Source: a virus. Taken from it: a DNA stretch of 64,000 bases. Positions within the stretch are counted from its first letter, which is position 1, and each line of letters begins with the position of its first letter. The notes below the pieces were generated by a model. That model had not been told where the DNA came from. It did not search any database and was given only the letters and a program-made list of their open reading frames with translations. The position numbers and the translations under genes were made by a program. The stretch lies in IMG/VR virus record IMGVR_UViG_3300011115_000650; one strand, written 5' to 3'. Shown in pieces: positions 9,704 to 17,741 of this stretch.

Positions 9704-10555
9704 TTATACGTTTAGTGTTTTATCCCAAGCGGATATATGTAATCTTGTTAAGCCTCTAAATCTATACTTCTTAGCCATCTCTAATACGAATTGAGTACGC
9801 TCATGGAAGTCAGTTTGACTATCTAGTCCCGGCATACAAACCACGTTGGTAAGAGGTATGCGATATGGTACGATAAAGTCACGGAATACTTCCTTAACAT
9901 CATCTTCAGTTGAAATAACGAACTTAAATTGATAGTTATCATGCTCCATAATACGTTTAATAGCGTCTGGATTGATACGTTGTTTCTCAGTCATACCTGA
10001 GTTGGATAGCTTTGGTGAGCAGTTGATTTGACTTAACCAACTAAATAACTCATCTTCAATTACTATAGTACCGTTAGTTTCTATTTCATGGTACGGTATA
10101 CATTCTTCAGTACTACCTGGTTGTTTTAATTCCCAATTACTCCAATACTCTAAAAAATTAACAATCGCCTCTTGATGTCCTTTAATTGTAGGTTCACCAC
10201 CAGTCCAAATAATGTGGATAGTACCATCTAGAATATCTTCATAGATACCTTGTTCCTTCCATTGATCAATCAGATATTGAAACTCCTTATCTTCACCTCT
10301 CCATAACCATTGTGATGTTGAATCACAGGTCCAGGTTGCTTTACCTTCAGCATGTAAATCACCGACGAATATCTCTCCGTCTTCTAGTTTTTCTTCTTTA
10401 GCTAATTGATTAGTAAACTTACGACTCATACCACAGGTTAGGTTGCATATACCTAATCTAACGAAATAAGACGGTACACCGCTACTTATTCCCTCTCCTT
10501 GGACTGAATAGAAGTCTGAGCTAATCAATAACTTGTTTGGATCTATTTTACTCAT
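9704..10555 (-). CDS. queE: 7-carboxy-7-deazaguanine synthase (radical SAM)
   Basis: FYSVQGEG..SGVPSYFVRLGICNLTC...CDS, TGGEP, IETNGT, CSPKL. Confidence 0.93.
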   Translation of the reverse strand: MSKIDPNKLLISSDFYSVQGEGISSGVPSYFVRLGICNLTCGMSRKFTNQLAKEEKLEDGEIFVGDLHAEGKATWTCDSTSQWLWRGEDKEFQYLIDQWKEQGIYEDILDGTIHIIWTGGEPTIKGHQEAIVNFLEYWSNWELKQPGSTEECIPYHEIETNGTIVIEDELFSWLSQINCSPKLSNSGMTEKQRINPDAIKRIMEHDNYQFKFVISTEDDVKEVFRDFIVPYRIPLTNVVCMPGLDSQTDFHERTQFVLEMAKKYRFRGLTRLHISAWDKTLNV

Positions 10556-10838
10556 TTGGATAATATTTATTTAATAATTTGTTTTCTTTTTCTAAGCAAG
10601 GATAACAAACATATCCTCTACTTACAGTGTTTAATGCTTGATCGTAGGACGATAATTGGTCTAATTCCTGAGATTCTTCTTCTGTTAGATCGTTACGTTC
10701 TAAATTTTTCCACCACTCTTCTCCCCATTTTTCTTTCTTTTTTTCTATCTCAGGAACAGGCATTGTCATTGCCTGGAATCCATAGTATAATTCTTCAGGT
10801 TTAAATTCATTTCCACAGAATTGACATTTGTTACTCAT
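10548..10838 (-). CDS. Hypothetical Zn-binding protein
   Basis: CQFC...CYPC; overlaps the queE start. Confidence 0.6.
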   Translation of the reverse strand: MSNKCQFCGNEFKPEELYYGFQAMTMPVPEIEKKKEKWGEEWWKNLERNDLTEEESQELDQLSSYDQALNTVSRGYVCYPCLEKENKLLNKYYPNE

Positions 10839-10841
10839 AGG

Positions 10842-10991
10842 TTATTTTTTTACTACTTCTTTAGCAGGATTTGTGGCTGCTTTCCATTCAGATTTAGATA
10901 CGTACTCCCACTGAGTACCTATCATTTGATGGGCTTGTTGGTCAGATACTCTGACGATGTTTGATGTTTTTCTGTTCTTTAGACACTTCAT
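10842..10991 (-). CDS. Small conserved phage protein (49 aa, not in ORF track)
   Basis: MKCLKNRKTSNIVRVSDQQAHQMIGTQWEYVSKSEWKAA...; GGAGGT 6 nt upstream. Confidence 0.7.
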   Translation of the reverse strand: MKCLKNRKTSNIVRVSDQQAHQMIGTQWEYVSKSEWKAATNPAKEVVKK

Positions 10992-11031
10992 AGTTTTACC
11001 TCCATGTTTTTATTGTTAGTTAATATAAGGA

Positions 11032-11466
11032 CTATTTGTTGAATAACCTACGTACTTTATTTCTAATAGGTAGGTACCAATTTTCGTAGAAGAAAGTTTT
11101 TAATTTAAACGAGGTACTAACATCTTTAGTAAATTCATTTAAGTACCCCATTAACTCCATCATCTCTTGTTCGGTATAAGCTACCCCCGGTAACTCTTTT
11201 TCTTCATAGATCCATTTACCATCTACAATGTCTACTAACATATCTCTTTTGATAGGCTGTAGGAAATAGGTCTTTACCTGATCTAGGATCGTTCCTATAT
11301 CTTTTGTCATTAAATCTCCATACGTAACCTGGTAGTCAGGTATACCGCAGATTTCAAAAGCTTGACTGTATCTCAGCTTCTTGGTTGGTAATCTAAATCT
11401 ACAACTTGGACTGCTTGACGACCAGTAGGTATACCACGTACTAGTGCTCCATCTTGAATATGACAT
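11032..11466 (-). CDS. Hypothetical protein (MSYSRW family)
   Basis: 144-aa ORF in operon. Confidence 0.6.
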   Translation of the reverse strand: MSYSRWSTSTWYTYWSSSSPSCRFRLPTKKLRYSQAFEICGIPDYQVTYGDLMTKDIGTILDQVKTYFLQPIKRDMLVDIVDGKWIYEEKELPGVAYTEQEMMELMGYLNEFTKDVSTSFKLKTFFYENWYLPIRNKVRRLFNK

Positions 11467-11469
11467 ATC

Positions 11470-11604
11470 TTAATTTAAAATTGATTTAATGTAATTTAAA
11501 CAATACTGTAGGGTTGGGTATTCGTTTAATACTCCTAAGAAGGTAAGGTGCTGTTCTCCGCATAAACCCAACCCATGCTGTAATGTGTGTAGTAATTCGT
11601 GCAT
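11470..11604 (-). CDS. Small hypothetical protein (44 aa, GLCGExH motif; not in ORF track)
   Basis: MHELLHTLQHGLGLCGEQHLTFLG...; fills the gap between genes. Confidence 0.55.
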   Translation of the reverse strand: MHELLHTLQHGLGLCGEQHLTFLGVLNEYPTLQYCLNYIKSILN

Positions 11605-11622
11605 AACTTTTTATTTGCTGTT

Positions 11623-12108
11623 TTAAGCTTTAGGGTCTTGATATTCTATATAACTCTTTGAATCTGCATAGCTCTTAAGAGGTGTGTAGTTTACCGATAA
11701 CCAGTTCTGTGCTTGTTGAGGTGTGATAGATTCCTTGGTACAGGTAGCAAAGCCAGCTTCTGATTCATAAGCAGTCACTAGATGTATCTGTAGAGCTGGA
11801 TTGGATTCAAATATAACTGCCATAGCTAAGAAAATCTCTTTAGTTATATGTTGTATCGTAGGTTCACAGTCTTGATCCTTACCGTTTAAAGACATATTCC
11901 ATACCTTTTGATCTTCTTGTACAGGTAGTATCGGACTCTGTATCACTGTATCTCCTCCAAGTGTTTCCTCTACCCAGCCAATTCCTATTCTCTTAACTTC
12001 AGCCTCTGCTACTTCATAGTCACCGGGTTGATTTCCGGTGTAGTCAAAAATAAGTTCGTAGTTATAGGTCTTAAATACTCCTCTAGATGTAATGTTATTT
12101 TTTTGCAT
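11623..12108 (-). CDS. QueD-like T-fold paralog lacking catalytic residues
   Basis: TYNYELIF, EVKRIGIGWVEETL, EPTIQHITKEIF and VTAYES resemble QueD segments; the CxxxHGH and DH motifs are absent. Confidence 0.55.
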   Translation of the reverse strand: MQKNNITSRGVFKTYNYELIFDYTGNQPGDYEVAEAEVKRIGIGWVEETLGGDTVIQSPILPVQEDQKVWNMSLNGKDQDCEPTIQHITKEIFLAMAVIFESNPALQIHLVTAYESEAGFATCTKESITPQQAQNWLSVNYTPLKSYADSKSYIEYQDPKA

Positions 12109-12121
12109 ATTTGATTATGGT

Positions 12122-12592
12122 TTATAGATTGCTGTATATAGCAGAGTTTTTTGAATTTTCAAAAAATTCTACCCTCACAACTTTTACTCTTCCTTCTGTC
12201 TCCTCTTGTATAAACCGGTTAACTTTGTTATATATGTACTCCGCAAATCGTTCTGCTCCTACTGGACCTTCCAGTACTCTTAACTGTATTACTCCTTTCT
12301 TGTCTAATTCTCTAAACAACTCTAACTCAGGATCGTCAGGTGCTAAGACAGTTGTATGGTCAAACATATAGTCCATCCACACTTTTGCATTCATGCCGTC
12401 AATTTGAGTTTTAGCTCTTTTTAAAATTCCAAAATCAGCTACCCAGCTTCTATGATCTAAATCTCCTTCGAAGGTAATATCGAAGTATACAGCATAGCCA
12501 TGTAATTTTGAACAATGCGTATCAACAGCCTTCCATTGACGAAATACTGTACTAAAGCCTTCGTACCTTTTTCTACTATTAAATTTTTCCAT
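12122..12592 (-). CDS. queD: 6-carboxy-5,6,7,8-tetrahydropterin synthase
   Basis: HCSKLHGY, WVADFG, FDHT, GAERFA, VEFFE. Confidence 0.92.
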   Translation of the reverse strand: MEKFNSRKRYEGFSTVFRQWKAVDTHCSKLHGYAVYFDITFEGDLDHRSWVADFGILKRAKTQIDGMNAKVWMDYMFDHTTVLAPDDPELELFRELDKKGVIQLRVLEGPVGAERFAEYIYNKVNRFIQEETEGRVKVVRVEFFENSKNSAIYSNL

Positions 12593-12593
12593 T

Positions 12594-13316
12594 TTATTTT
12601 TTTAATTTTAAAGTTTCTATATTCTCTATACTCCAATTAGATATCTCCGATATTGTATATACGGCGTAACCAGCTTCTTTAAAAGTCTTACCTATGTGTA
12701 GTCTATCATGTTCTTTTAATTTATGGCTAGTAGCTGCTACTGCTACCGGCGTTATTATTTTACTCGAATTCAAACACCTCTTACGTAACGTACTCATATC
12801 GATACCTATACTTTTATGTGCAGTTAGTAAAGATGAGAAATTTCCTATTGGGGTTATGTAAATGTATTTAGCTTTTCCCCCCACTCTTAAAGGGCTTTCT
12901 TGAAACTCTACTACAGTGCAAGAACCTCTAGATCCTGTTGCTAAATCTAAGTAACTTACCGTTCCTGCAGGAGAAGCTCTCTTGACCCTATTCCGTAGCT
13001 TAACTTTCAACTCTACTAACTGATCTGCTTCTAATCCTCTGTACGTATTTCCCCCTTCACCACCAGATGCTATGTTATAAAACTGAGAACTTTCTACTGC
13101 GTTTAACAGCTTTATCCACTTTATTTCGCCTTTTCGAGTATCCTCAACATTAATATACCTCTCCAGTATAATTCTAGTAAAGTTATCAGCACCATACTTT
13201 TCGATAGCTCTTTTTAGTAACTTACCTGAGCCTATGTAGTTATTTGATTCTGGACCTTCGTATTTTCCTATATAGCTCTTACCGTTAACTAAACATACTG
13301 TTAAATATACAAACAT
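12594..13316 (-). CDS. GIY-YIG homing endonuclease
   Basis: FVYLT...NGKSYIG...YIGSG..LKRAIEKYG..NF...E...FYNI (Seg-like). Confidence 0.88.
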   Translation of the reverse strand: MFVYLTVCLVNGKSYIGKYEGPESNNYIGSGKLLKRAIEKYGADNFTRIILERYINVEDTRKGEIKWIKLLNAVESSQFYNIASGGEGGNTYRGLEADQLVELKVKLRNRVKRASPAGTVSYLDLATGSRGSCTVVEFQESPLRVGGKAKYIYITPIGNFSSLLTAHKSIGIDMSTLRKRCLNSSKIITPVAVAATSHKLKEHDRLHIGKTFKEAGYAVYTISEISNWSIENIETLKLKK

Positions 13317-13379
13317 ATCTTTATTAATAAATAGTGCCGAAGTTAAAAAATAGTACTTCGGTAGTGCTTACCGTATATT

Positions 13380-13889
13380 TTATAAGTATTTTGATATCTG
13401 TTCTAGTCTTTGTTCAATAGTTCCTGTGATGGTAATAAGTTTTTCTGTCGGTACGTACTCTCTAATAAAGTCTACGAATAATCCATCTACTTTCTTCTGG
13501 AGTTCTTCGTTTAATCTTTCAGGGTCGTATACAAATCCGAATTCAATCGGTATATAGAAGAAGTTATCAACTTGATGTTTAGTTTCCTCAAATAACTCTA
13601 TCATCGGACTAACATCAATACTTGGATGCAAGATCCTGGTATAGATTATACAATCAATAATACTACGGGTAGATAACACGTTTTGATGTGTTAGGTAGTT
13701 TTGATATGCCCAGATAGAGAGTTCGTTGATAACGATCTGCTTTTCATGCTCAGAGAAGTCTAGCATCTTACTAATCTTATACACAGGTCTAGAAAACCCG
13801 TCTGTAATGTAGTAGTCTGGATATGTTCTCTGAACTTCTTTTAGTAGCGTGCTTTTGCCTACGCCATGGCTGCCTACAAGTATTTTCAT
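13380..13889 (-). CDS. P-loop nucleotide kinase (dNMP kinase / AAA_28-like)
   Basis: GSHGVGKST Walker A; TRSIID resembles the DRS motif of dNMP kinases. Confidence 0.75.
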   Translation of the reverse strand: MKILVGSHGVGKSTLLKEVQRTYPDYYITDGFSRPVYKISKMLDFSEHEKQIVINELSIWAYQNYLTHQNVLSTRSIIDCIIYTRILHPSIDVSPMIELFEETKHQVDNFFYIPIEFGFVYDPERLNEELQKKVDGLFVDFIREYVPTEKLITITGTIEQRLEQISKYL

Positions 13890-13895
13890 ATAGTC

Positions 13896-13926
13896 TTAAT
13901 ATAAGTTATTCTATTCAATCTTCCAA
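13896..13926 (-). promoter_or_regulatory. Bacteroidota-type promoter for the kinase
   Basis: TTG-N20-TATATTAA. Confidence 0.6.
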
Positions 13927-14484
13927 CTTAAAGATATTCTCTTTAAAAAATTTCTTCCAACTATCTAAAGAAGTTTCTCTTAACAGGTCATACATTTCGT
14001 CTAATGAGGTTGCGGTATTGTTAACAGCCGTAAACCTGACTACCTCACCTTCGTCCACTCCTTCGGTTACTTTATGGATTACCGAACCAACGGTAGGATA
14101 TTTACCCTCCCATGCTCTAATTTGAGGATCTTTACCCTTCAATTCCTCGTAGTAAGTTATCAATCCGGGGTGTCCGTTATAGATTGTCCGAGGACTATAA
14201 CTAGCAATGAATTGCCCTGGGAGGATTCGTAGATATCCGTGAAGTGTTATGATATTACTGTTTAGGATATCCTCTTGGAGATAATGTTCTAATAGGGGAT
14301 TAAACGGTATTGTTTTTAACTCACATCCCTCTGCTTTTAAGAATGTAGCTACTTTTTCGTTTAGCCTCTTAGGATTATTTGTGACTAGTATTTTAGGTAC
14401 GGCATTAAGGAGGTTACAAATGTCGTAGACCTCCTTTCCCGTTTGACTTACAAATACTGTCCAATCAAGTTTAGCAAATGCCAT
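13915..14484 (-). CDS. PurN-like formyltransferase (DpdN-type preQ1 formyltransferase)
   Basis: FVSQTG, LHGYLRIL, YNGHPGL, GSVIHKVTEGVDEG; embedded in the que cluster. Confidence 0.85.
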   Translation of the reverse strand: MAFAKLDWTVFVSQTGKEVYDICNLLNAVPKILVTNNPKRLNEKVATFLKAEGCELKTIPFNPLLEHYLQEDILNSNIITLHGYLRILPGQFIASYSPRTIYNGHPGLITYYEELKGKDPQIRAWEGKYPTVGSVIHKVTEGVDEGEVVRFTAVNNTATSLDEMYDLLRETSLDSWKKFFKENIFKLED

Positions 14485-14487
14485 ATC

Positions 14488-15420
14488 TTACTGTCCCATT
14501 GTTTTTGTGGTATAATAATATTTAGACTTTAAACCTATATTAACTAAAGATTCTTTAGTCGCTCTCACTGGACATATATCTAAAGATCCTCTTCTAGCAT
14601 ATAACAACATCACACTACATTCTTTCACCATTGGGTTCTTCATGATTTCGGTATATAGTTTTTCGGCACAAAACTCATGAAACTCGTTTACCTCTCTTAG
14701 AGAAATAACTAGTTTTAGTAGTTCTTGTTTATTAACTGTACCTCTATGTGTTACGATATTAAAGAATGCCGTACCGGTATCTTTTTGCTTGGTATGTCTA
14801 CATCTTGATCTTAAGACGTTTGTAAAGAATGAAAAGTCTCCAGGTAATGTAGATGTATCGTCGATGATACTATAGAATTCCTTAGCTTGATAGTCTGTGA
14901 TCTCTAATGCCTCTAATTCTTTATCGGTTAAACTCTCGTATAAATCTACATAACCTGTACCAGGATCGTAACTAAGTTTGCGATCATCTCCGGATCTAAA
15001 GAATTTAACTTCAACATTTGCACCAATACATTGACTGATATCTTTTTGAACTTGTGTTTCATAATTGTAAATAGCTTCATCTACAGTCTTACCCATCTTA
15101 CACATATCAAACGTGTTGAGGTATAGCTTAAATGATTTTGATTCTACCATAAATTCTGAGGTAGAAGGACAGATGATTTTGAGAGTACCTGCTAGCGGTA
15201 ATCCATTCTCTATAAGAAAAGTTGCTTCGTGACAATGCCAGACATCATATCCAACAAATTCATTACCGGTTATTCCCCAGTCTTGACGTGCTGCTGAACG
15301 TGGCATTGGATTTAACTGCGAAGGATCGAAGGTTTCTGTGTAGACAGCGTATGAGTTTGCGGAGCCTAGAGATCTAGCTGCTGCATCATTCATTGAAAGG
15401 TTACTAGTGTTTATTGACAT
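14488..15420 (-). CDS. queF: NADPH-dependent preQ0 reductase (two-domain)
   Basis: GYDVW...E, VESKSFKLYLN, LRSRCRHTKQKD, EFHEFCAE, YARRGSLDICP. Confidence 0.92.
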   Translation of the reverse strand: MSINTSNLSMNDAAARSLGSANSYAVYTETFDPSQLNPMPRSAARQDWGITGNEFVGYDVWHCHEATFLIENGLPLAGTLKIICPSTSEFMVESKSFKLYLNTFDMCKMGKTVDEAIYNYETQVQKDISQCIGANVEVKFFRSGDDRKLSYDPGTGYVDLYESLTDKELEALEITDYQAKEFYSIIDDTSTLPGDFSFFTNVLRSRCRHTKQKDTGTAFFNIVTHRGTVNKQELLKLVISLREVNEFHEFCAEKLYTEIMKNPMVKECSVMLLYARRGSLDICPVRATKESLVNIGLKSKYYYTTKTMGQ

Positions 15421-16192
15421 AGCTTTTAAAGGTTTTAACGTTTTTGAAGATTAGATCTATCTGCTCGGGTGTTAGCTCGATATCTAGGTTATCGGCTAGT
15501 TTTGCTTTGGGTTTAGGTTGTACTAGACCGTGTTCACCTAATTCATTACCTAACCATCCGTTGATGATTGGAGAGCTGGTATCGAGAGAATACAAGTGTT
15601 TGGTTAGATGCGGTTGATAGTACTTATATAACTGAAACTCTACCGGATCTTGACATCCAAGTAAATGGAACTTATACTTACCTTGATTTGCGTAGGTAAA
15701 CCTGTTGGCATACCACCAGTTTAAGAATCTAAATCGAACTGTTACGAAATCTGATTGAGGTATTAGGTCGAAAGGTAATGCTATGATATCTACTTTGTGT
15801 TCGGTGTAGAAATCAATACAGTTAGCGATCTGTTCGAAAGTCTCTCCCTGACATACTCCAATATACTCTAAGTCATCGGATTTAAAGTTGCTTAGATAGT
15901 TTTCAGCATTAGTCAAGGTCTGCATATAGTCATTAACCTTATCTGGTAATACTAGATGGGTTGGTTTGTATTCTTCTCCTAATTCATATAACTCCCCCAT
16001 GGGTATTGACTCTCCTAATTCAAAAGCTGAATTATCTAAGATAGAATAGGAAGCAGTCTTTAGCCTCTCTCTATAGTAGTCAGCATACTCTTTGTCTTGG
16101 TTTAATAAGTGACCTAAGACATAGGGGTAGTCCGAAATTAGATCATGGTAGGGAAATAACTGTTTAGGTATTTCGTGGGATATTTTCATCAT
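15404..16192 (-). CDS. dpdA: TGT-fold 7-deazaguanine transglycosylase, DpdA (DpdA3-like)
   Basis: ILDNSAFELG, LVLPD, GVCQG, FHLLG and SLDTSSP TGT-like motifs; between queC and queF. Confidence 0.75.
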   Translation of the reverse strand: MMKISHEIPKQLFPYHDLISDYPYVLGHLLNQDKEYADYYRERLKTASYSILDNSAFELGESIPMGELYELGEEYKPTHLVLPDKVNDYMQTLTNAENYLSNFKSDDLEYIGVCQGETFEQIANCIDFYTEHKVDIIALPFDLIPQSDFVTVRFRFLNWWYANRFTYANQGKYKFHLLGCQDPVEFQLYKYYQPHLTKHLYSLDTSSPIINGWLGNELGEHGLVQPKPKAKLADNLDIELTPEQIDLIFKNVKTFKSYVNKH

Positions 16193-16208
16193 GTTTGTTG
16201 TTTAATAA

Positions 16209-17090
16209 TTAATGAAATTCTGCTAATACTTGTTCTACTTGACTCTTTGCAAATTGCCAACTCACAGGCCCAATTTCATCAGCATATTCTACAGGATCTG
16301 GACGACCTAATTTAATAAATGCTTCAATACGTTCTACTGATGCTGCTGATTTGTAGTCAGAAAACCATACCATTTCAGCATCTTCAGAATTACCTATTAC
16401 GTGTTGGATTGGTTTATAAGATGTATTAGTACGCTTATATACCTCATCAAAATCTAATCTTAATTCTTCACAGCATTTCAAACCATCTTCCAATATACCA
16501 AATTTATCAATATCAAGATATGGAGTATAGAATGATACTAATTCAGAATCCCAATTACCGATTCTAAATGCTTCCATATCAGCATCTCTAAATTGTTGTC
16601 TACAGTCAGGGTATATAGCATGGTCTCCAGCATGTATTCCTAGAGCAATTGCTACTTGATGTTTATCACCGGTAGTAGCTAGAGATAGTGCAACTGCTTG
16701 TATAATAGAACTAAATATCTTATTACGATTAGGTACAACAGTTTCTTTCATGTTGTCTTGTTGGTAGTGTCCTTCGGGGACTTCGTTACCGCCTGTAACT
16801 AGAGCTGAATTTAATAGCTGAGCTAGACCATCTAGTTTGATTACTTGATGCTTTACTATAGGATACACTTCTCCCCAGCCTCCAGGAGCTCTATCTGCTG
16901 GATATACTCTAGTCGGTAATGTATTAATATACTTTACTAACGATTGTGCTCGTTCTAATTCTACTCTATGCTTTTGACCATAGTCGAATGATAGAGCGGT
17001 TACTTCATAGCCATTGGCAAGTAGATGAAGTAGTAATGTACTACTGTCTAACCCCCCGCTAAGGCTTAATACTGCTTGTTTTTTGTTCAT
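16209..17090 (-). CDS. queC: 7-cyano-7-deazaguanine synthase
   Basis: SLSGGLDSST PP-loop, FDYGQKH, VPNRN, HAGDHAIYPDCR. Confidence 0.95.
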   Translation of the reverse strand: MNKKQAVLSLSGGLDSSTLLLHLLANGYEVTALSFDYGQKHRVELERAQSLVKYINTLPTRVYPADRAPGGWGEVYPIVKHQVIKLDGLAQLLNSALVTGGNEVPEGHYQQDNMKETVVPNRNKIFSSIIQAVALSLATTGDKHQVAIALGIHAGDHAIYPDCRQQFRDADMEAFRIGNWDSELVSFYTPYLDIDKFGILEDGLKCCEELRLDFDEVYKRTNTSYKPIQHVIGNSEDAEMVWFSDYKSAASVERIEAFIKLGRPDPVEYADEIGPVSWQFAKSQVEQVLAEFH

Positions 17091-17110
17091 ATAAAAATTA
17101 AAATTATTAA

Positions 17111-17154
17111 TACAGGGTGTATTATTTTATGAATCGATTAACCCTATAACCGAT
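17111..17154 (-). promoter_or_regulatory. Candidate H-type pseudoknot in the queC leader
   Basis: ATCGGT/ATCGAT stem; loop TATAGGGT complementary to downstream ACCCTGTA; A-rich linker. Confidence 0.5.
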
Positions 17155-17163
17155 ATATTAAAT

Positions 17164-17739
17164 TTATGCTTTTTGTTTAAATCTTCCAATAAATCGACCG
17201 TGTATTTTTTCATGGCATTCTACACAAACTGCTTTACCGTTCTCAACACTAAAAGCTTTACTTAAATCTTCACTTATTGGAACTATGTGATGAGCATGTA
17301 AGTAACTTTTTGCACCACAGTCTTGACAGGTGTAATTATCTCTCTTAAAAACTTCCTGCCTCCACTCTTTCATTTTAGGGTCATTCCTCTTTTTTTGATT
17401 AGCACCCGTTTTACCTCCTTTCCAGTTATTATTTGCAGGACCTGTTTGATTACGTCCATATGCAGGATTGTCTTTTCCTTTCTTAAATTGAGTTTGTTTT
17501 GCTTTTTCCGATACTTTTAAAGCTTTTGAGAGATTTGCTTTATGTGATTCTGATTTAGGTTTTCCAGTTAATGCTAGAGATAGTTTCTCTCTCATTCCTG
17601 GAGTACATCTTTTCTCTACAGTGCTCTTATTAGCACACTTCTTACTACAGTATTCTCTTTTTAAATAATTCTCTTTTGATGTTCTAGTCGTATTTTCGAA
17701 TTCAGCTCCACACACTTTACACGTAGGTTTCATAGTCAC
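17164..17739 (-). CDS. HNH homing endonuclease (Zn finger + NUMOD3-like + C-terminal HNH)
   Basis: VFKRDNYTCQDCG...LHAHHI...NGKAVCVECHEKIH; KPKSESHKANLS; NNNWKGG. Confidence 0.9.
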   Translation of the reverse strand: MTMKPTCKVCGAEFENTTRTSKENYLKREYCSKKCANKSTVEKRCTPGMREKLSLALTGKPKSESHKANLSKALKVSEKAKQTQFKKGKDNPAYGRNQTGPANNNWKGGKTGANQKKRNDPKMKEWRQEVFKRDNYTCQDCGAKSYLHAHHIVPISEDLSKAFSVENGKAVCVECHEKIHGRFIGRFKQKA

Positions 17740-17741
17740 TC

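Larger units (their letters stand above)
8697..9723 (-). repeat. Six dispersed ~24-bp direct repeats (coding strand ATAAAACAYTAAACGTATAATATG) separating single-gene cassettes
   Basis: Copies start (+ strand CAT) at 8697, 8893, 9103, 9307, 9585, 9700; the 9700 copy is the queE 3' end (KTLNV*) plus the next ATG. Confidence 0.9.

Noticed and set aside
9700-9712. TATAAT inside the cassette repeat as a sigma70 -10 box
   Set aside because: It abuts the ATG with no room for a start site, and the host promoter type is -33/-7.
8697-9723. CRISPR array interpretation of the 24-bp repeats
   Set aside because: Spacers are about 90-255 bp, uneven, and each is a whole ORF; the repeat is not palindromic; no cas genes in the window.
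11020-11050. Additional Bacteroidota-type promoter
   Set aside because: The -7 box TATATTAA is present but the -33 position reads TAG, so it is not counted among supported sites.
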